DNA of 64,000 nucleotides from Nitrospinaceae bacterium. Lineage in GTDB: Bacteria > Nitrospinota > Nitrospinia > Nitrospinales > Nitrospinaceae. The stretch is taken from NCBI GenBank assembly GCA_965237905.1, contig OZ250172.1:2144001-2208000 (forward strand), in the 5' to 3' direction. Below the pieces are notes generated by a model. The model was given only the letters and a program-made list of their open reading frames with translations, had not been told where the DNA came from and ran no database searches. Position numbers and translations under genes: made by a program. Within the stretch, counting starts at the first letter, position 1, and each line of letters begins with the position of its first letter. This document shows positions 59,312 through 64,000 of the stretch, one piece after another.

Positions 59312-61573
59312 ATGAACATCACCCACCTTAAAGAAAAAATCCTGACCCGTCCCCTGGCCTCTCGTTGGATACCTTACGGATTCGTGGTTTTGTTCTGTCT
59401 GGGGTTGGAATCCCTTCTGCTTGGACTGGGATGGACCGACTTCGGTGTCCCCTACCTTTACCATTACGATTATTTATATTTCAGCGCGAGCGTCAAAGGG
59501 GTTTTGGACCATGGCTGGTATCTGAACAATCCCAGCCTGGGTGCGCCGGGAACTTTAGCGATCTATGACTATTCCGGTGTGCCTAATGTTCATTTCCTGA
59601 TGATCAAATGTATTGCCCTGTTTACCTCGGACTGGGCGCAGGCGCTGAATCTGTTTTATGTGGTTACGTTTCCTTTGGCCGCCGTTTCCGCTTTGGTCGT
59701 ATTTCGTCATTTTAAAATTGCTTCACCCGTGGCCATAACCGGAAGCTTGCTTTTCGCGTTTGCCCCCTATCACTTTCTTCGTTTGCTACATATTGTTTAT
59801 ACCAATTACTTTTTTGTTCCACTGGTGACTTTGGTTTTACTTTGGATTGTGAGCGGGAAGCGGGTGATCGTTTTCCGTGATGCCGATTCCGGGCGGTGGC
59901 GGTTCAACGTCCGGTCGGGAATTTCGCTGGCAAGTATTCTGATCGCCATTTTAGTTTCCGGTTTTGGGGTCTACTATGCTTTCTTTTCATGCTTTTTCCT
60001 GGTCATTGCGGGAGGAATGGCTTTCCTCAACCAGCGCAATACAGCGGCATTATTCGCTTCCTGGATTTTGATTGGAGTGATCTGTACCGGGGTGGCCCTG
60101 CAAATGGCTCCTTCCTGGATTTACAAAATGAAGCATGGGCAGAATCCACTGGTGACCCAATTTGCGCCCATGGAAACTGAAAAATATGGGATGAAAATCG
60201 CGCAATTACTCCTGCCGGTTCAGGGTCACCGGGTCTCTTCGTTGGCGCAACTTCGGGAGTGGTATGATCGCACCGCTCCCCTGAGTAACGAAAACCGTTT
60301 TGCCTCCCTCGGGTTGGCGGGTTCGGTAGGATTCCTTGCCCTCCTCATTGGGTTGTTCTGCAGGAGGGGTGATGAACCATCAGAGAATTTGGAATGGCCT
60401 CTGGCGAGATTGAACATAGGCGCCGTGTTGCTGGGTACGGTAGGCGGATTCAGCGCTCTCTTTGCTTATTTGATCAGCTCGCAACTCCGAGCGTACAACC
60501 GGATCAGCATTTTTATCGAATTTTTCGCGATCTTCGCCTTGGTACTATTACTGGCCCATGCCTACGAGAAATTGCTGAAAGCGCGGGTGTCACACTTGAT
60601 CGGTTATGCAATGTGCGGGATGATATTGGTGATCGGTCTGTTGGACCAAATACCCACGTCTTTTAAAACTCCTTATCCCACCATCCAAAAGCAGTTTGCT
60701 GAGGATTCCGCATTTTTTACCCGGATCGAGCAAGCCTTGCCCGAGGGCGCGATGGTGTTTCAATTGCCTTATGTCACTTTTCCCATCAGTGAACCGTTAA
60801 ACCGGATGGGCCCTTATAATCATATCCGAGGTTATCTTCATACCCGGAAAGTGAGGTGGAGCTATGGCGCCCTCAATGGCCGGGGGACGCAGGCTTGGCA
60901 ACAAAGCGTTTCTCATCTACCGGTGCAGGGACTGGTGGATATAGTAGCGATTGCAGGATTTAAGGGAATTTACCTGGATCGCAGGGGTTATGTGGATGGT
61001 GGAGAGGATATGATAAGCCGCTTGTCTGAGATCTTAGAAGCCCTACCCTGGGTCAGCTCAAGCGGTGGAGAGGTTTTTTTCAATCTGGAGCCGTATTTTC
61101 AAAAGCTGAAGAAACAGGTTTCTGCCGATCAGTGGGGAACTCTGCAACAATTGGTTCTTACCGATCCCCTTGGCTACGCCGGGAAAAACTTGTTTAAACC
61201 TTCACAGGTCATTGCCCCGGCCGCTGGGTTTGTTGAGGTGGTCACTCCCAGGTCCGGGGGACCCAAACAGCTGATTCTTGTTGGGGGATGGGCAGTGGAC
61301 CCGGAAACTCGAACACCGGTAAAAAAAATGATGGTGGTTCATGAAGGGAAAGCGAGCCAGTTATTTGTTTCCCAGCAGGTCCCTCGTCCGGATATCGCTC
61401 GCAAGTATGGGGCCGAGGCCGTTCTCAAATCGCAATGGAGTATGGTGTTGGATACCCGCACATGGGCACCGGGAGAGCGCTCATTTGAAATTTATGCGGT
61501 ACTCAAAGAGGGCCGACTGGGCCGGCTGGGAGGATGTGAGAACAAATGCCGGGTAACCCTGTCCTCCAAGTGA
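59312..61573 (+). CDS. Polytopic membrane protein, GT-C/YfhO-like glycosyltransferase, with C-terminal Ig-like domain
   Basis: More than 10 TM helices, acidic residue after TM1, LLFAFAPYHF, RAYNR, VFQLP; GWAVD...RPDIA. Confidence 0.65.
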   Translation: MNITHLKEKILTRPLASRWIPYGFVVLFCLGLESLLLGLGWTDFGVPYLYHYDYLYFSASVKGVLDHGWYLNNPSLGAPGTLAIYDYSGVPNVHFLMIKCIALFTSDWAQALNLFYVVTFPLAAVSALVVFRHFKIASPVAITGSLLFAFAPYHFLRLLHIVYTNYFFVPLVTLVLLWIVSGKRVIVFRDADSGRWRFNVRSGISLASILIAILVSGFGVYYAFFSCFFLVIAGGMAFLNQRNTAALFASWILIGVICTGVALQMAPSWIYKMKHGQNPLVTQFAPMETEKYGMKIAQLLLPVQGHRVSSLAQLREWYDRTAPLSNENRFASLGLAGSVGFLALLIGLFCRRGDEPSENLEWPLARLNIGAVLLGTVGGFSALFAYLISSQLRAYNRISIFIEFFAIFALVLLLAHAYEKLLKARVSHLIGYAMCGMILVIGLLDQIPTSFKTPYPTIQKQFAEDSAFFTRIEQALPEGAMVFQLPYVTFPISEPLNRMGPYNHIRGYLHTRKVRWSYGALNGRGTQAWQQSVSHLPVQGLVDIVAIAGFKGIYLDRRGYVDGGEDMISRLSEILEALPWVSSSGGEVFFNLEPYFQKLKKQVSADQWGTLQQLVLTDPLGYAGKNLFKPSQVIAPAAGFVEVVTPRSGGPKQLILVGGWAVDPETRTPVKKMMVVHEGKASQLFVSQQVPRPDIARKYGAEAVLKSQWSMVLDTRTWAPGERSFEIYAVLKEGRLGRLGGCENKCRVTLSSK

Positions 61574-61580
61574 AGCCGGG

Positions 61581-62030
61581 TTAGGTAGCTCCTTTTAAAT
61601 CGGATAGGTTGGCGGCTTTGATCGTGTCGAGGGCCATCAGCAATCGTTTTCCATCGAGTTTGTAGACCCCGGAAACCAGCTCGCGGGTGGCGGCATCGAC
61701 CGTACTCGGCACGGGCTCGAAACTTTCGTCCTCCACTTCCAGTACCTCGCCAACAGAATCCACCAGAAAACTGATGATTTCGTTATTGATCCGGGTGACC
61801 ACATTCATGGATTTATTATCGTTCTTGTGAGGCGGGAGGTTCATGCGGCTGCGGAGGTTGATCGCGGTGATGATTTGCCCGCGCAGATTGATCAATCCCT
61901 GAATTTCCGAGGGGGCCAACGGAACTTCGGTCATCTCCTGATATCTCAACACCTCCTGCACATCAAGCACCTCGATGCCGAGCAGGACATCGTTCACGTA
62001 AAAGGTACAGAACTGTTTGGGCTCCGCCAT
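61581..62030 (-). CDS. cheW: Chemotaxis coupling protein CheW
   Basis: GIEVLDVQEV, VPLAP..IQGLINLRGQII, LVDSVGEV, GVYK. Confidence 0.93.
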   Translation of the reverse strand: MAEPKQFCTFYVNDVLLGIEVLDVQEVLRYQEMTEVPLAPSEIQGLINLRGQIITAINLRSRMNLPPHKNDNKSMNVVTRINNEIISFLVDSVGEVLEVEDESFEPVPSTVDAATRELVSGVYKLDGKRLLMALDTIKAANLSDLKGAT

Positions 62031-62264
62031 TGAGGCCTTCCTTTCGATCGAATAAACGCCGTCCATCTGCAAAAGGGTGATCCAAGTATTAAACACGATT
62101 TTTCAATGAAAATCAAATTAACTGTGTATGTTATTTTATTTATTTTTATCCGGGATTGGGGTAGACTAAGCTATTGAATTATAAATCGATACTGATCAAA
62201 ATTTTTATTTCTTCAAATTCCGGCAATTCAACCAATCAACCTTTTCTGTTGGGAGGAAAATCCA

Positions 62265-62951
62265 ATGGTGGCCAGGCAAACAATCGGGGGAATCCGAAGA
62301 TTTGGATTGCAACTTGTAATCGGGATGATGTTTTTAATACTTCCCATCCAGGCGCAAGCCGTGGTTGGGGTGACCGCCAAAGGGGGCACGACCGGACTGG
62401 GCGGCGACGTGACCGTGCCTCTGGTCAGCAATTGGCTGAATTTAAGAGGCGGTTACAACTTTGGAGAATTACGTCCTTCCACCACCGAAGCGGGGATCAA
62501 ATACAAAGCTGACCTGCATCTTGAATCCGTTCCCATTCTTTTGGACCTCCATCCGTTTCACGGGGGCTTCCGGATCACCGGTGGTGTGTTTTACAACAAG
62601 AACGAAATAGACTTATCATCCACCGTGGATGCCAGTACAGTCGGCTTGGGAACAGGTCTGGGAACCGCAACGTTGAACGCCAATGTCTCCTGGTCCAAGG
62701 AATTTGCTCCCTACATTGGGATCGGCTGGGGTAATGCGGCGGATGATAATACGCTCGACTTGCCTATCGCTGTAGGATTTTCGTTGGATATTGGTGCTTT
62801 TTACCAGGGCAGTCCGAATGTTTTGTTAACGGACAGTACAGGTTTGGTGCCCGCGGCGGATTTAGCGGCGGAACAGGCTCAACTCGAAGATGATTTGAGC
62901 GAATTTAAATTCTACCCGGTTATCACGCTGGGGATTCACATCCGCTTCTGA
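62265..62951 (+). CDS. Outer-membrane beta-barrel protein
   Basis: Signal AQA, GTTGLG, APYIGIGWG, C-terminal YPVITLGIHIRF beta-signal. Confidence 0.8.
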   Translation: MVARQTIGGIRRFGLQLVIGMMFLILPIQAQAVVGVTAKGGTTGLGGDVTVPLVSNWLNLRGGYNFGELRPSTTEAGIKYKADLHLESVPILLDLHPFHGGFRITGGVFYNKNEIDLSSTVDASTVGLGTGLGTATLNANVSWSKEFAPYIGIGWGNAADDNTLDLPIAVGFSLDIGAFYQGSPNVLLTDSTGLVPAADLAAEQAQLEDDLSEFKFYPVITLGIHIRF

Positions 62952-62963
62952 TCCGGGCATTCC

Positions 62964-63704
62964 CTATTGGATAATCAGAACCTTTAAACTGGGCAGGTCC
63001 GCCATTTTTTCCAGTGCCGGAATCTGTTCATGGTCCACCGCGTTGGCCGTGAGGTCCAGGTGTTCCAGGTTCGGCAGATGTTTGGAACGGATCAGGGCTT
63101 CGATTCCTTTCGGACTGATTTTATTGCGGTACAGGTCCAGCCGCTTGAGGTTTTTAAGATGCGGTGAACTGGCAATGGCGATGGCGCCTGCATCACCGAC
63201 TTCATTTCCCCCCAGGTCCAGCAGAGTGATTTGTCCCACCTTTTCGGATTGCACCAGAAGCGTCACGCCCTCGTCTCCCAACTGGTTTTTCATCAGGTTG
63301 AGTTCCGTGAGATTTTTGAGGTGGGCCGACCCGACTAGGCTTTTAATGCCATCGGCGGTGATCTGGTTGTCCCATAGAAATAGTTTTTCGACATGTTGAA
63401 ACGTCGGCGATCCCGCCAGGATGGCTACGCCCTCATCTCCCAGCTTGTTCGTTTTCAAAGCCAGGGACCGGACGTTTTTAACTTTTTCAGTATTGGCCAG
63501 GATGCGGATCCCTTTGACGCCGATTCTTTTGTTTTGCAGGCTGACACCCGTGCCGTCTTCACTGGTGCCCGACTCGATGAGTTTGGGGATGTCCATGGCC
63601 TTGGCGCTGGCCCCCGTTACGCCATCGTGGCCGGAGCGGCAGGCGGGCAGGAGCAGGCCAAGCGACAATACGAGCAGACCGAAGTTTTTGCAGAGTTTCG
63701 TCAT
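62964..63704 (-). CDS. Leucine-rich-repeat lipoprotein
   Basis: Lipobox LPAC; L..L.L..N.[LI]GD.G...[LI] 28-aa repeats. Confidence 0.88.
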   Translation of the reverse strand: MTKLCKNFGLLVLSLGLLLPACRSGHDGVTGASAKAMDIPKLIESGTSEDGTGVSLQNKRIGVKGIRILANTEKVKNVRSLALKTNKLGDEGVAILAGSPTFQHVEKLFLWDNQITADGIKSLVGSAHLKNLTELNLMKNQLGDEGVTLLVQSEKVGQITLLDLGGNEVGDAGAIAIASSPHLKNLKRLDLYRNKISPKGIEALIRSKHLPNLEHLDLTANAVDHEQIPALEKMADLPSLKVLIIQ

Positions 63705-63749
63705 GATGTTACCTTTATGGGTTCGGTTGTTTGATCTCGCCACTATAAA

Positions 63750-64000
63750 CTATTTTGCGCACCGGAAGCCGAGATAATTGTTGCGCCGATCCGGCAGGCT
63801 TTTGCCTCGCACCGTAATTCGTGCCAGATCCATGTTGGAAAACCACGAGCCGCCCTTGATCACCCTGAATTGTTTTCCGTAAAAATCGTTGGGATAGGTA
63901 TTCCCCGGATGCGGTTGATACCAGTTCGCCGTCCATTCCCAGACATTGCCGGCCATATCGCGAACTCCATAAGGACTGGCGCCATACTTTGTCAAGCCGA
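63750..64000 (-). CDS. FGE-sulfatase (SUMF1-like) domain protein, C-terminal part
   Basis: SPYGVRDMAGNVWEW, RVIKGGSW, GFRC; continues beyond the window. Confidence 0.9.
   Translation of the reverse strand, partial: GLTKYGASPYGVRDMAGNVWEWTANWYQPHPGNTYPNDFYGKQFRVIKGGSWFSNMDLARITVRGKSLPDRRNNYLGFRCAK

Noticed and set aside
56189..64000. Genomic island integrated at tRNA-Phe
   Set aside because: No integrase and no duplicated tRNA 3' end were seen in the window

Overview
Bacterial chromosomal segment of moderately high GC, with AT-richer islets at about 14.1-16.2 kb and 33.0-37.0 kb. Lipoproteins and an outer-membrane barrel indicate a diderm. The gene mix (romR-valS, csrA-fliW, PCP_red protein, many Sel1 proteins) suggests a deltaproteobacteria-like or Nitrospinota-like lineage; this is inference only. 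Housekeeping genes include purL, purF, mpl, dacB, pepF, valS, an ABC-F ATPase, oppBC-like permeases, Nif3/YbgI, a YhaO/YhaN-like pair and tRNA-Phe. No integrase, transposase, CRISPR array or rRNA was seen. Most notable observations: (1) a strand-asymmetric GGA-rich non-coding tract (13 GGA in 232 nt) next to csrA-fliW, a candidate CsrB/RsmZ-like sponge RNA, at a locus where fliW is frameshifted; (2) a TetR-headed cluster of one BamE-like and three paralogous lipoproteins followed by a PA2779/PA2778-type C39 peptidase pair; (3) a radical-SAM-like protein whose Fe-S motif is replaced by a short internal duplication; (4) an MBOAT/SGNH cassette bracketed by a synonymously diverged duplicate of the Nif3 3' end; (5) a RomR-like polarity protein next to valS; (6) mosaics of REP-like palindromes. 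All family assignments come from motif recognition by eye, not from database searches.
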